Below, piece after piece: positions 38,109 to 49,668 of a stretch of 64,000 nucleotides of DNA (its first letter is position 1; every line of letters starts with the position of its first letter). Location of the stretch: NCBI RefSeq assembly GCF_024521635.1, contig NW_026250404.1, positions 2,170,001 to 2,234,000 on the forward strand, read 5' to 3'. This DNA comes from Tricharina praecox. Lineage: Eukaryota. Both the position numbers and the translations under genes were made by a program. The notes beneath the pieces are model-generated. The model had not been told where the DNA came from, searched no databases, and saw only the letters and a list, made by a program, of their open reading frames with translations.

Positions 38109-40367
38109 GAAGAGGGGGCTTTTTTTTTATCGAGTGAGAGTGAGAGTGGGAGGGGGAATGGGGCGAATTGTTTTTCTAATTACATACGAAGTTTTTGTTA
38201 TACCTTTTCCGTTATTGTGGGTTTTGTAGGTATTCTGGGTACCTGGTCTAAAGGTGTGCTGCCGTGCTGTGCGGTGGTGGCTTCTGTACGTGAAGTACGT
38301 GTACGTTAGATTTTCTTTTACTTTTTTTCTTTTATACATCTTGTTCATTGCGAATTGGAATTGGCATGGGAAGGAGCGGGACGGGGAGGGCGTCATGTTA
38401 TGTACCTATGTTTGCGGGTTGTGCGTGCAGGTTGGTTGTGTATGTAGTTAAGTGGAATGAATGGATGGCGTTTTGGGGTGGTTGTTCACCGAGGTCCCGC
38501 GAGAACACCGACTATGTACCTACGAAGCAGTACTGAGATTGGTAGCTCTCGCGTGAAATCATTCTCGTCTATGTACGAAGTAGTTAAGTGAGTCTGCGGC
38601 CTATAGACGCGTCGACCAGCCAGCCAGCGCCGATGCTACCATACAGGAACCCTTCATGCCCGCCGGACCTGGATGGGCTCGCCGCTCCCCTTCGTCGCGT
38701 GATGAGGCCGTCCTGTCCTGTCCTGTCCTAATCCCAAGAGACGACGGAGTCCGCCTGCTGCTGCTGCACGTATAGGGTAGTAGACCCGGACTTCATCGTG
38801 CCTGCAGCCTGCGGGACCGCGAGAATCGAGTATGGTAAGCCGATGAGCGCGGTGATGCACTCTAGGTTGACTCAATGCAGCGCCGATTGAAGCGGGTGTA
38901 TGTATGTGGACGTATGTATGGAGAGCTTTAATCTTCTCGATCGTCGGCGCTGATCCTGGGTGTTCTGATAACGTGGCCGCCCGCCCAGTCCTGCCCAGTC
39001 CCACCGTCGCCGATGGGTGCGGAGGTGGTGCGGCGGTGGTGCAGCGGCGGTGCGCTGTGAAGTCTCAGACTCTCGGGCACTTGGGCACTTGGGCACTTGG
39101 GCACTTGAGTCTCAGTCACTTGAAGTCTTGGATGAATACTTGGATAAGAGTACTCGATACTTGGATACATGCGAACTACCACCTAGCAACTAGGGTATGA
39201 TAGTTAGCGGGCGGGGCGAGACCGTCGGATACACACGGTACCTAGTTGTGCGGGGAAGCAGAAAAAGACCGGGCTGGGGTTGGGACGTCCGAAGTGCGAA
39301 GGTCGCTCGCTCGCTCGCGCTCCCGGGCCGTCTGGACTCTGGTTTCCTTTTCCTTGTTGAACCATGGAGTGCTCAGTAGTGCCGAGCGAGCGAGCGAATG
39401 CGTGCAAGATAAAAATAGGTACGGATCAGTTCGAGGGTTCGAGGGTTCGAGGGTCCGAGGCTCAGAGTCGAGACATGGTGTGAACTTTGAAGGAGACGGA
39501 GACGGGGACGGAGACGGAGAGGGGCAGATGGGCAATGAGAAGCGAGCGAGGGGGAGGGACAGAGAATGTGAAAGGGAAAAAAGGAAAGGGAAAGGGAACG
39601 ATTCACGAGAAGTCAGGTTTGGAACTTTAGAGGCAGCGCTGCCGGAGTTACAGCATCTGGTGATCCCAACTCCAGCCAATCATCAATAGCAACCGGAATC
39701 CCGATTCCCCCTGTGCAGGCCCAGGTGCCATGAAGTCAGCGGCTGGCGAAACCCGCCATCCATACACACCCTCCCACCACCACCCATCAGACATCTAAAG
39801 CCTGCAGGGTGCCAGCAACCACCTCTGCGTACTCGAACTCTACCTACATGTGGTTTGGCTCAGATCGGGCGCGTGATGACGAGCCCATCCTGCCTGCATC
39901 TACTCTAACTTTCAACTTTCAACTTTTTGTCTTGGACCTTACCTAACGCCATACATACAAGACCGCGACACCGACAAGAAAGGCGGCATACATAAAGGTA
40001 CTTCTACGACCCTCTCCCTCCCTCCCCCACTCGGCCCGTGTGAGGAGAAATAACAATTGACACCGATAGACCCTCGACGACACTCTACGAACCACCGCTA
40101 CCACCACCGCGTCCTACAGCCCGTTACAAACAACAGACGTACAAACAACTATCCGCCTCACTGTCGGACATACCATACCATATCGCCTCTACCCCACTCG
40201 ATCGTAGCCTACCTCCTACCCAGCAGACCAACATCGAACAAACGTACGCGCTTCAACTCGACCGACCACGCACTTCGAGCGCTCATAAGTCCTCCGTCCC
40301 TCCTTCTCGTCCATTCACGAGCCATCCCGAAGCACCACCCGTCCGTCCACCGTCCACCATCCACAAA

Positions 40368-40675
40368 ATGTCGATCCGTCTTCCGCGCCAGACCGCGTTC
40401 ATCTTCCTCCTGGTCCTGCTCGGCCTGACAATGTACATCAGCCTTGCCAGCGCAACTTCGCAGACAGCTGAGAAGCGACAAAGTACGCATTCCTTCACAG
40501 TCTCCCCATCACCCGCAGACACATAGGCTAACGCGCAGCAGCATCGTCAGCCCCCTCCTTCCGCTTTTCGGTACACACCCACTCCGAGAGCGCGGTCAAA
40601 TACTCCATCAGCCCGATCTACGTCACGCTGTTCATCGGCGGGGCGAGCGTGCTAATCGCGGGATTGATGATATGA
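40368..40675 (+). CDS. Small (83 aa) secreted/GPI-like protein; exons 40368-40482 and 40539-40675
   Basis: Start context CACAAAATGTC. Intron GTACGC...GCTAAC...CAG keeps the frame. Hydrophobic N- and C-termini and a KR site. C/A-rich 5' and T-rich 3' flanks like the neighbouring genes. Confidence 0.7.
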
Positions 40676-41672
40676 TACAAACCATCACCACCGCCACCAC
40701 TCGTTCGGCCCACGATTTTACTATTTTACTATTTTTTTTATGGATGTGGGTGGGATTGGACTTTTGACTTTGACTTTGGCTTTGGGAGGGCGGGGCATGG
40801 AGTTTTTTTTTGGGGCTGATTAGCATCGGGTCGGGTCGAGGGGCTTTGGTCGGCGGGGGCGTATTCCTGTTTTTTCTTTCTTTCTTTCTTTTCTTTTCTT
40901 TTCTTTTCCCTTCCTGGTTTGCTGGAAATCGGGTTGCGCAAAAACGAGATACGATGTTATGAGTATGATTGATTGTTTGATTGACCGATCGCGAGAGTGC
41001 CCAGGTCAGCACGGAACGGATCCTCGGCTTTGCGGGGTTGGGTTGGGTTGGGTTGCGGACGGAAGAGCAGCGTGCCGACTGACCGACCGACCGACTTTTC
41101 TGCTGGCTAGCTGGCTGGATGACTGGCTGACTGAGTGCTGGCTGGCTTGGGAATGCGGATGTGTGTATGTAGTGTGACAGCAGTTATTGCTATGGACGAA
41201 TGGCTGGAGGTTGTCGAGTACTAGTAGTGGTGGGTGGTGCTATGTAAATTATTACCGTGAGCGATCAGGTTTTGCACCTGGAAGTCGGGAAGTCGGGAAG
41301 TCGGGACCTGGATGGGGGCGGGGCGGAGGCTTCAATTCAATTCAAGTCCAGCCTTTCTATGTACTTGCACAAGTTTATTCGCCAAAAGAAGTGGCGGCTA
41401 AGAAGTTAGAACTACATATAATTGCACGTGATTCTTTTAGTCCCCAGTCCCCGTGACCCCCAAATACAAGCCCCGCCATCTGCCCCACCACCACCACTTC
41501 TCCCGATAAGTACCTACATCGCCTCGTCCGTCCGCCATATTTCCCACCTTCGCTTCCACGTCCACCACCACCACCACCACCACCACCACTGTCGATACCC
41601 CGCCCCGCGCCGCCCAGCCCCAGCGTTCCTTTCGCCGAAAAGAAAAAGAAAAAAATAAAGCACAGGAAAATC

Positions 41673-42707
41673 ATGGTGCCGCCGCCAAAGACCTGGGGTG
41701 TGTCCCTCCTCTGTGACTCCACGGCGATGGTGATGGTGATGACTGACGACACGGACAGAGGACGAGGAGGACGAGTCCTCCGAGGAGGAAGAGAAAGCCA
41801 GCAAGACCGTCGCACTGGGCTCGAAAAAGAAGTGGGACGACGAGGAATCCGACGACGACGTTGGCGCCCCCTCCCCCCGCTCCCACTCCTGCTCCTGCTC
41901 CTGCTAACGCACTCTTCCTTCCTTAGGTAATTGATTCCTGGGACGCAGCAGACGACTCCGAAGAGGAGCGGAAGAAGGCGGACAAGAAGGCTTCTGCGGC
42001 CGCGGCGGCCGCCGCCGACGCGCTCGCGAACAAGAAGAGCACTGCGGAGCGGCTGGCGGAGAAGAAGGCTATGACGGCGGTGCAGCGGGCGGCGGAGGAG
42101 GCGGCGCGCGACGCGCTCGAGAACGAGACGCCGGCCGAGAAGCGCGCGCGCATGCAGGCGCGCGAAATCGAGGCGGACCTTGCGCACGCTGAGGATCTGT
42201 TTGGTGCTGTGGGCATTGGTGCGGGGAGTGGAAGAGAGGTTAAGACCGCCGCGATTGTCGATCCCAAGGATCCGACCAAGGTGGTCGATCTCTCGAGCTT
42301 GGAGATCTTCAAGCCTACGACGAAATTGCAGTTCGATGCGCTGAGGGAGGTCATCACGCCGCTGATAGCCCAGAATGTTAAGAAGGGCCACTACAGCATG
42401 TTCCTGCAGGAGTTTGCGAAGGCTCTGGCAAAGGACATGAACAGTGAGCAGATCAGACTTGTTGCTAGCAAGCTCACGGTCCTGTCGAATGAGAAGCAGA
42501 AGGAGGAGAAGGATGCGCAGAAGGGCGGCAAGAAGAAGGTGGCGCCCAAAAAGGCGGCTCTGGCGGCGTCTGGAAAATCCATGGACACGGCGGATACTAG
42601 GTCTTACGCTGATGCCTACGACGATTTGTGAGTTTCTTTTATCCCACTTCCAGCCACGTAGTCCCAGAACTTTGAGACTGACTCATGGTAGTGACGACTT
42701 CATGTAA
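41673..42707 (+). CDS. HCR1: Translation initiation factor eIF3 subunit j, 3 introns
   Basis: KKKWDDEESDDD|VIDSWDAADDSEEE...EADLAHAEDLFG...IFKPTTKLQFDALRE...LSNEKQKEEK...DDFM C-terminus. Confidence 0.94.
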
Positions 42708-43121
42708 ACGCCTCGACGCTTCTGGATTGCTCGTGTGATAGAAAAAAAGTTGCGGATGCGGGATGAGCGGAGGTCTTTCTTTCATTTGGCTGGTTACATG
42801 TACTTGATTGGTGTTCAAGGCTGGCTTTTTATGGGGTTGGGTGGGGCAGTAGACTCGGCGTGGCTCTGAATTTACACCTTTTCATACTTTCGTCTTCTCA
42901 GTCTGGGCGGGTGAGAATTGTGGAAATGACTTGCATCGGCCATCACTCACAATGGAATCAACTCTTTGCATTTCTGAATACTCGCATTCTCAACTGCAGA
43001 ACGAGAGCACAAAACGGCCATCTCGCAGAATAGTGTCTTTGATAGCATTATATACAAATTCCAGTAACTCCTCCAGAGACCGAAAAAACAACTTTTTTTT
43101 GATATCCCTCTCGCCCACAGC

Positions 43122-44228
43122 TCACATCTTCCTCCTCTTGGCGGCCATGCCCTTCCTGCCCTCGTAATGCTCACCGATATTCTTCCCCTCGCCCTCGCCA
43201 CTCTGCCGCTTCCTACTCTTGTCGAGCGCCTTCTCACCGCGCCCACTCCTTCCGACCCTAGCGGTGATCCTATCCAGATCACCCGCGAAGCCCCTCCAAT
43301 CCTCACCACCAAACTTATCCGCGGCCGCAAGCATGCCCTTCTGCCTACCCGCACGAGCCTCCTTCTTGCTCGGCTTCGGCAACCGCACCAGATTCGCCTC
43401 CTCGAACTCCTGGCGCTCATGCTCCACCCGCTTATCGCGCGCCGACTTATGTCCGCCACGACCACCATCCACGATCGTCGTGCCAATCGACGGCTGCGCC
43501 AGTGGCGCCGTGCTCAGCTCGTCGGTGACGAAGTCGTCGAGGAGGTGCGCCCGCGGCAAACGCTCCGCCTTCTTCTCGCGCCCCACGGTCGTAGGCATGC
43601 TCGTGGCCGCGATGCGTGGCGGCCGGTACACTCCGACTCCGTCCGCAGCCTTCTCGTCGTCGGCGGCGGCACCAGCCTTCCCGCCAGCCCGCAGCAGCGA
43701 AGACGGGTTCGGTCGGTGTGCCAGATCCGCGGGCGCGGTAGCGGCCGCCGTGGCGAGCAGCGCCTTACGCCCCGCACCCTCGTCTTCCGACCCTGCGCTC
43801 TCGTCGCCGGAATCACTTTCTTCCCCGCCCTCCTCCTCTCCATCCTCGCCCTCGCCCTCCCCACGCTCACCCCTCCCCGCCGCCACAACGACCTTATCGA
43901 TCTGATACTTGAGCTTCATTTCCAGCGGCCTGACGGCGCGCTCCAGCAGCAGCCTTAGCTTGACCAGCGCGTCGACGGCGGGTGAGCCTTGCAGCGGCGC
44001 GGAGCGCAGCCGCAGCAGCGAGAGGAAGACGAGGTGCTGCAGATACGAGAGGAGGACGTCGTTCTTGACGTCGAGGAGGGAGATCCCGTTGCGTGGCGCG
44101 GAGATCAGGGCGCTGTCTGAGGTGGACGGGAGGGAGGTGTGCGTGCTGCTGAGCGAGGCCGCGAGGGTGCTGAGGTGGGTGAGGAGGTCGGGGGGTGCGG
44201 CGGAGGAGGGGGCGGGTGGGGTGGCCAT
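43122..44228 (-). CDS. LCP5: U3 snoRNP/SSU processome protein Lcp5 (neuroguidin; Sas10/Utp3/C1D family)
   Basis: NGISLLDVKNDVLLSYLQHL...LVKLRLLLERAVRPLEMKLKYQIDK; VYRPPRIA; ERQEFEEANLVRLP. Confidence 0.92.
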   Translation of the reverse strand: MATPPAPSSAAPPDLLTHLSTLAASLSSTHTSLPSTSDSALISAPRNGISLLDVKNDVLLSYLQHLVFLSLLRLRSAPLQGSPAVDALVKLRLLLERAVRPLEMKLKYQIDKVVVAAGRGERGEGEGEDGEEEGGEESDSGDESAGSEDEGAGRKALLATAAATAPADLAHRPNPSSLLRAGGKAGAAADDEKAADGVGVYRPPRIAATSMPTTVGREKKAERLPRAHLLDDFVTDELSTAPLAQPSIGTTIVDGGRGGHKSARDKRVEHERQEFEEANLVRLPKPSKKEARAGRQKGMLAAADKFGGEDWRGFAGDLDRITARVGRSGRGEKALDKSRKRQSGEGEGKNIGEHYEGRKGMAAKRRKM

Positions 44229-46913
44229 GGTTGGGTGTGTGCGTGTGTCTGTGTGTCTGTGTGTCTGTGTGTGGAGGTGGAGGAGGAGCAGCCGTGGAAA
44301 GCGGGAAGGTGGGATGGCACTGCGCAGAGGTGGTGGAAGTTTAAATCGGATTGGGAATTTTTGGGGATTGACACAGGGATGTGTGCTTTTGGTTTAGTTA
44401 GCGTACCTACAAAGTTAGCGTGGTGAGCTTCTGTTGATGGGGTCATGGAGTGGCACTCGCACTCGCACGGGCCCGATGAGTTTGCCGGGGGATTTCGTCG
44501 AGGGATTTGCTTTGCCTTTCAACTGCCTTTCAACTGCCCAAGACGCAGGGTCTAGGTGGGGTACGGGCTAATACACCGAGCCAGTGGTTTGAACTGTGGG
44601 AAGGACGTGGAAAATTGCAGGTACATACGCCACCATGATCTCTATGATGGCCCATGGATCGTAACTTCGTAAGTTTACTATAGACTCAGAGTTCCAAAAC
44701 GACTAGGTACGCAATCTCGAAACGTAGGCCGCATAAGCCCCGAGAGTTTAAGGAGAGGGTTTTCTTCTACCTCCTGGCCACATTATGGTGCGATCTAGAA
44801 GTCTCCACCCTTCTGGCTGGTTTCATAAAAGAAACGAGGCATGAGGTCAGCGGGACTCTCGCGTTCCGGCGAGCCCAAATTGCCGACAGAAAGCTGGTTG
44901 GTTCAGCGCAATAACAGTATTCTACATCGTGGAGACTTCGGAGAGTAAAGATATGGTATACATAGTAGAAGCTATCTGGCGTCACTAGCTCCTCGAAAGA
45001 CAAAATACGCATGAAAAAGGGCAGTGACACAGGATATCACTCGCTAGAAGGCGACATTGACAAATTTGTACTGCTGGAGGAAAGTGTGCCTTAAACCATC
45101 ATTAGAACCACCATGATATAAATCAAAACCCTTCATTAGCACCTAAAGAACAACTCTATCCAAGTAGCCATAGTCTTAATCCGGGTGTTTGTGGTGGGTC
45201 CGGCTGGGTGGAGGAGTGGCCGTTTCTGAGGCGATTTTGGAAATTGGAACTCCAGCGCGCCTCCATTCATGGGATAGCAGCAACTATTATAACGTACTGT
45301 ACTTTCTTAAATCTTTTAAATTCCATGCTAAGCACCCGAATGATATAGAGTCGTATGTACCTATCACAACAGAAGAATGTATGATGTATGTGACATCGGA
45401 GGAAATGCCGAAGGCCCAATACCTACGGGCGTGTGACCTACCCAGTGGGCGGAGTATTAAGCTTCAGACATCCGGCCATCAACCACGTTTTAAGTTTTAA
45501 CCACCCAGCCGTGCACCGGCCTTCCCCCCCGCGACCTCCCAGCGATCACCAGATTGGTTGTTCGCCGTTCCTTTGTTGCCTTGATCCCATCGCCCCCACG
45601 CCCCTCTCAGTCACCACAGCTATCACCCCCCCACCCCGCCCCCTCACGTCGACCCGCAAAACCTGCACTCCGCGTACCTGCACTCCGCGTACCTGCACAC
45701 TGCGTAGCGGCGTATGTAGGCGGGTAGTTATCCCACCCTGTCCCACCCCACCCCACGCCATCCCACGCCATCCCACGCCACCCTATCGGTCGGTCCCTCA
45801 GTCCCCCCACCGCCGGGAATCAAAAGCCGGTGCTGTGCGTACTGCGATCTCGATGATGTTGTGTCACTCGTGACGAGCAGGTATCAGGAATGTTGGAAAC
45901 GTGGATGCAACATTCCAGCCCCGTCGAAGGGGTTTCATAAGGGAACTAGGAAGGAACTAGGAGGGAAGGAAGGGAGGGAGGGGAGCAACTGGTTTCTGGG
46001 TGCTGGCTGGCTGGAGCTAGAGGGACTGGAGGGGCTGGAGGGAGAGGGGCTGGCAGGATTGGATACGGCGAGTGAATACTGGAGTCGCTGTGGGTTGGCA
46101 ACCTGGGGAACAATGGTGTTTTGGCCCATCTGGAGGTAAAACACTGATGATACGACGATGTCTACAAGGAACCGGAACGAAGTATGATACTTTCTATAAG
46201 TGAAGCCGCCATGTAACTCCACAAAGTACGTACACACAGCACACCGACGTAGTGAGTGAGAATGATGATACAAAAGATGTTTAAAGAATGTTACAGATGC
46301 ATTGAAGAAAAGAAAAACCGGCAAAACCCCCTCCTTTTGCCAGTCTGTCCCAGTAGGTAGTTCCGTCACCCGTTACTTCAAAAAGTAAAGTAAAATACAA
46401 GAAAAAGGCAACCCCTCATGTCCATGTAAGTTAAGTACCATAGTAGATTACACCCTGAAGTAGAAGAAAAGAAAAAGAAAGTTGTAAGACCATCGACTGC
46501 CGGAAATGAAGGTAGGCAGCACCCATTCCGTATACAACACAGCGATGGTATGTACTTAAAGTAGTACTTAATGATACATGGAAAAGAAAAGAAAAAAATG
46601 CATTACAAAGTCAACCGATTTCAAAAACTACCCAAAAAATAAGGACATGGATCGAATATTTAGTCGGTCGATCTCGATACTGGAAACGGCCCGAAATTGC
46701 TGTGTGTTGCGTTGCCGGAGGGGATTCGGTCGCCGTTTAGATATATCGAGGTATGGTAATAGCCGTGGAAGAGGGAAAGAAAATATTCGTTCATGGTAGT
46801 CGATTCGTCGGTCCGCTAGGTGTACTGGAAGGGCTGGGGGTTAATCGGTTGTAACTAGATTGGAAGCGAGTGGGGAAGAGAATAAACTTACTCGTTGGTC
46901 GGTATTGATCGGT

Positions 46914-47942
46914 CTAATTGCGGGGAGGCTTGCCAACGGAGGGGATCCAGTCAGGCTCGGGAGCGGCCTCACGCTTTGGGGGCTTGCCGACGGAGGGGAT
47001 CCACCCAGGCTCGGGAGTGGCCTCACGCTTCGGGGGCTTGCCAACAGAGGTGATCCAGCCAGGGGCGGGAGCGGCCTCACGCTTCGGGGGCTTGCCGATG
47101 GTGCTAATCCACCCAGGCTCGGGAGCGGCCTCACGCTTCGGGGGCTTGCCGATTGTGGAAATCCACCCAGGCTCGGGAGCGGCCTCACGCTTGGGTGGTT
47201 TGCCGATTGTGGAAATCCACCCAGGCTCGGGAGCGGCCTCACGCTTCGGGGGCTTGCCGATTGTGGAAATCCACCCAGGCTCGGGAGCGGCCTCACGCTT
47301 GGGTGGTTTGCCGATTGTGGAAATCCACCCAGGCTCGGGAGCGGCCTCACGCTTGGGAGGTTTGCCGATTGCGGAAATCCACCCAGGCTCAGGAGCGGCC
47401 TCACGCTTCGGGGGCTTGCCGATGGTGCTAATCCACCCAGGCTCGGGAGCGGCCTCGCGCTTCGGGGGCTTGCCGATTGTGGAAATCCACCCAGGCTCGG
47501 GAGCGGCCTCACGCTTGGGTGGTTTGCCGATTGTGGAAATCCACCCAGGCTCGGGAGCGGCCTCACGCTTGGGAGGTTTGCCGATTGTGGAAATCCACCC
47601 AGGCTCGGGAGCGGCCTCACGCTTGGGTGGTTTGCCGATTGTGGAAATCCACCCAGGCTCGGGAGCGGCCTCACGCTTCGGGGGCTTGCCGATTGTGGAA
47701 ATCCACCCAGGCTCGGGAGCGGCCTCACGCTTCGGGGGCTTGCCGATGGTGCTAATCCACCCAGGCTCGGGAGCGGCCTCACGCTTCGGGGGCTTGCCAA
47801 TTGTGGAAATCCACCCAGGCTCGGGGGCGGCCTCACGCTTCGGGGGCTTGCCGACTGATGTGATCCAGCCGGGCTCTGCGGCGGGCAGAGCTAAAATGCC
47901 AGGGGCACAGGACAGAGCGAGAAGCAATACCTCAGGCCGCAT
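46914..47942 (-). CDS. Kex2-processed repeat protein (KEP) precursor; candidate alpha-type pheromone precursor with 18 peptide copies
   Basis: Signal peptide MRPEVLLLALSCAPGILA, then 18-aa units EAAPEP-GWISTIGKPP-KR (KR plus X-A/X-P dipeptides). Many differences between units are synonymous in this frame. Confidence 0.92.
   Translation of the reverse strand: MRPEVLLLALSCAPGILALPAAEPGWITSVGKPPKREAAPEPGWISTIGKPPKREAAPEPGWISTIGKPPKREAAPEPGWISTIGKPPKREAAPEPGWISTIGKPPKREAAPEPGWISTIGKPPKREAAPEPGWISTIGKPPKREAAPEPGWISTIGKPPKREAAPEPGWISTIGKPPKREAAPEPGWISAIGKPPKREAAPEPGWISTIGKPPKREAAPEPGWISTIGKPPKREAAPEPGWISTIGKPPKREAAPEPGWISTIGKPPKREAAPEPGWISTIGKPPKREAAPAPGWITSVGKPPKREATPEPGWIPSVGKPPKREAAPEPDWIPSVGKPPRN
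46925..47880. repeat. 54-bp coding tandem repeat, about 18 units
   Basis: The Trp-codon context recurs every 54 nt from about 46945 to 47863. Confidence 0.97.
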
Positions 47943-48142
47943 GCTGAAACGATGGTTTGTCGGGTGTAAGGAACGGCCGTTATCGAGTGTGAAATCGGAG
48001 ACGAATCGGAGAGAGCAATGAATGCGGTCGGTATGAATTGCCGAAGATGAGCGCCGGAGGAAGATGGTCTGTGTCTTTAGAGTGAAAGACTGAGGAATGT
48101 TGCTGGTGAGGAATGTGAGTAGAAGGTCGGATATCTTCTGTC

Positions 48143-48148
48143 TTTATA
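48143..48148 (-). promoter_or_regulatory. TATA box of the KEP precursor gene
   Basis: TATAAA on the minus strand about 200 nt upstream of the ATG, followed by a pyrimidine-rich leader. Confidence 0.55.
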
Positions 48149-49668
48149 GGATAAAGTTTCCAGTTGGGAGGGATGAGTACTTTTCAAGGGAAACACCGTG
48201 GTGAAGGTGGGAGGGAAACGGTGGGCCATGTGGTATAACTGTTCTCATGTAAGGAGCAGTGTGGGTGTCGGCCTGCCTGTCTGTTAATGGACATTCGTGA
48301 TCTCCACGGGCGGGCCGTTTGAATGGAGCGTCCAAGGTCCCACACAATCACTTGACATCACTCGTGGTGGCGTCAACACCACCCTTTTGCCGCCCTCACC
48401 GAAAAATAAAACCCAACGAAAGCGGTAGGGAGGACGAGGATCTCCATGAGCTTGACATCGTATCTTAGGTCAGGCGCTAAAAGGGTGAAATCTAGTGCTC
48501 TCTTCACCGTCCAGAGGATGGCCGCCGCCACCAAGTTTTGAGGCCCTAGTCCGGACACGCCCGTCTGGAATGTCCGTTCTGGAAGGTTCTTAGCCATGAG
48601 ATACGTATAGCCATCGTGCTTAAAAGTCCTTTTGCATCGCGGCGTAACGCTCGCTTCCGCTTAGATGCGCCGAAGAAAATTGAGGAGGTGGATGGTACGC
48701 ATGTGGGACTCCTTCATGATTCCATTCAGACCCCTATTAGGATTAGTGTGTTTCTCTGTGCTGAGGGGACACAATTTATGATTCGTCATTTCCAGCAAAA
48801 ATGTATACGCTAACTCCCAAACGGGGTCTGAACGAAGTGCCAGAACTCAATTCCGGCGCTTCCGACGTCCTTGGTGATGGCAACTTCTTTGTTCCGCCTA
48901 CCTAAAACATGTAAGGTCATGAGGCAAACGCTGAAGCCAACAGGTAAGATTTCGTTGACTATCACGCACAGTGTAACGTATGGTTCCCACGCCGTGTGGA
49001 TAGCTTCGGCTGGACGGGTATGGAGAGGTAAAGATACTCTATCTGTGTAGCTAAGCGAGAGGCCGTCTATGGCGCACCCCGTCGCGCCATAGATCAATTT
49101 ACTATCTCTCGATGAGGTGAGAGAAGTAGGGTGACGGCGTTCGAGAAACGAAAGAGTGTTGATTACATGCGATGTGAGGAGAGGCAGGCGGATGTATTTT
49201 GGTTTGCTCATTCACAGTGCATTCTCGGTATAGCGTTTGCAATGTGGCAGAGGCTTTGAATATGGTGGATTCCAGATTCACTCCTGCGATAGGGCCAAGC
49301 TGGCGAGAACCATCTCAACTGCAGCCTCGTAACTTGGCCCCCATCTCGACTCCAATAGGCGAAGAACTCCTCTCGATCGCAATCCCCGCCGCGCCGTCCG
49401 TCGCCACCGGCGTTGGCGATGAGACTGTCCACCAGTGCCAGGCTAAAGTGGTCTTTCAAAGTGTTCGTCCTGCTCTCCCTCCCTAGGAGGCGATATTGCA
49501 CAGGTGGTCTTGCACCTCACGCGGATCATCACAGTCCGGGGCATCCAAAGTCGAAGAATGTGGAAGTCCTGATATTTCCATCGATGCTATTGAAAACCAC
49601 AAGCGTCGAGCAACACCAACATCTCGATACCATTGAAGTTGGGCCCGCCCCGTCACCAACTCCATCAT

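Noticed and set aside
41375..42391. 338-aa antisense ORF over eIF3j, and similar antisense ORFs over LCP5, SMB1, IES1 and the DUF3020 gene
   Set aside because: Shadow ORFs from GC-rich codon usage on the true strand.
44475..44480. PAC-like GATGAG upstream of LCP5
   Set aside because: A single 6-mer without a clear RRPE partner; expected by chance.
46841..48021. Three other long ORFs (331-367 aa) overlapping the KEP repeat
   Set aside because: By-products of a stop-free 54-bp repeat. Only the 46914-47942 frame has an ATG, signal peptide, KR sites and synonymous-type variation.
48373..49501. Short ORFs between the KEP gene and FUN14 as RiPP tailoring enzymes (UstYa/DUF3328)
   Set aside because: No HxxHC motifs or other recognisable domain, and no consistent exon structure.
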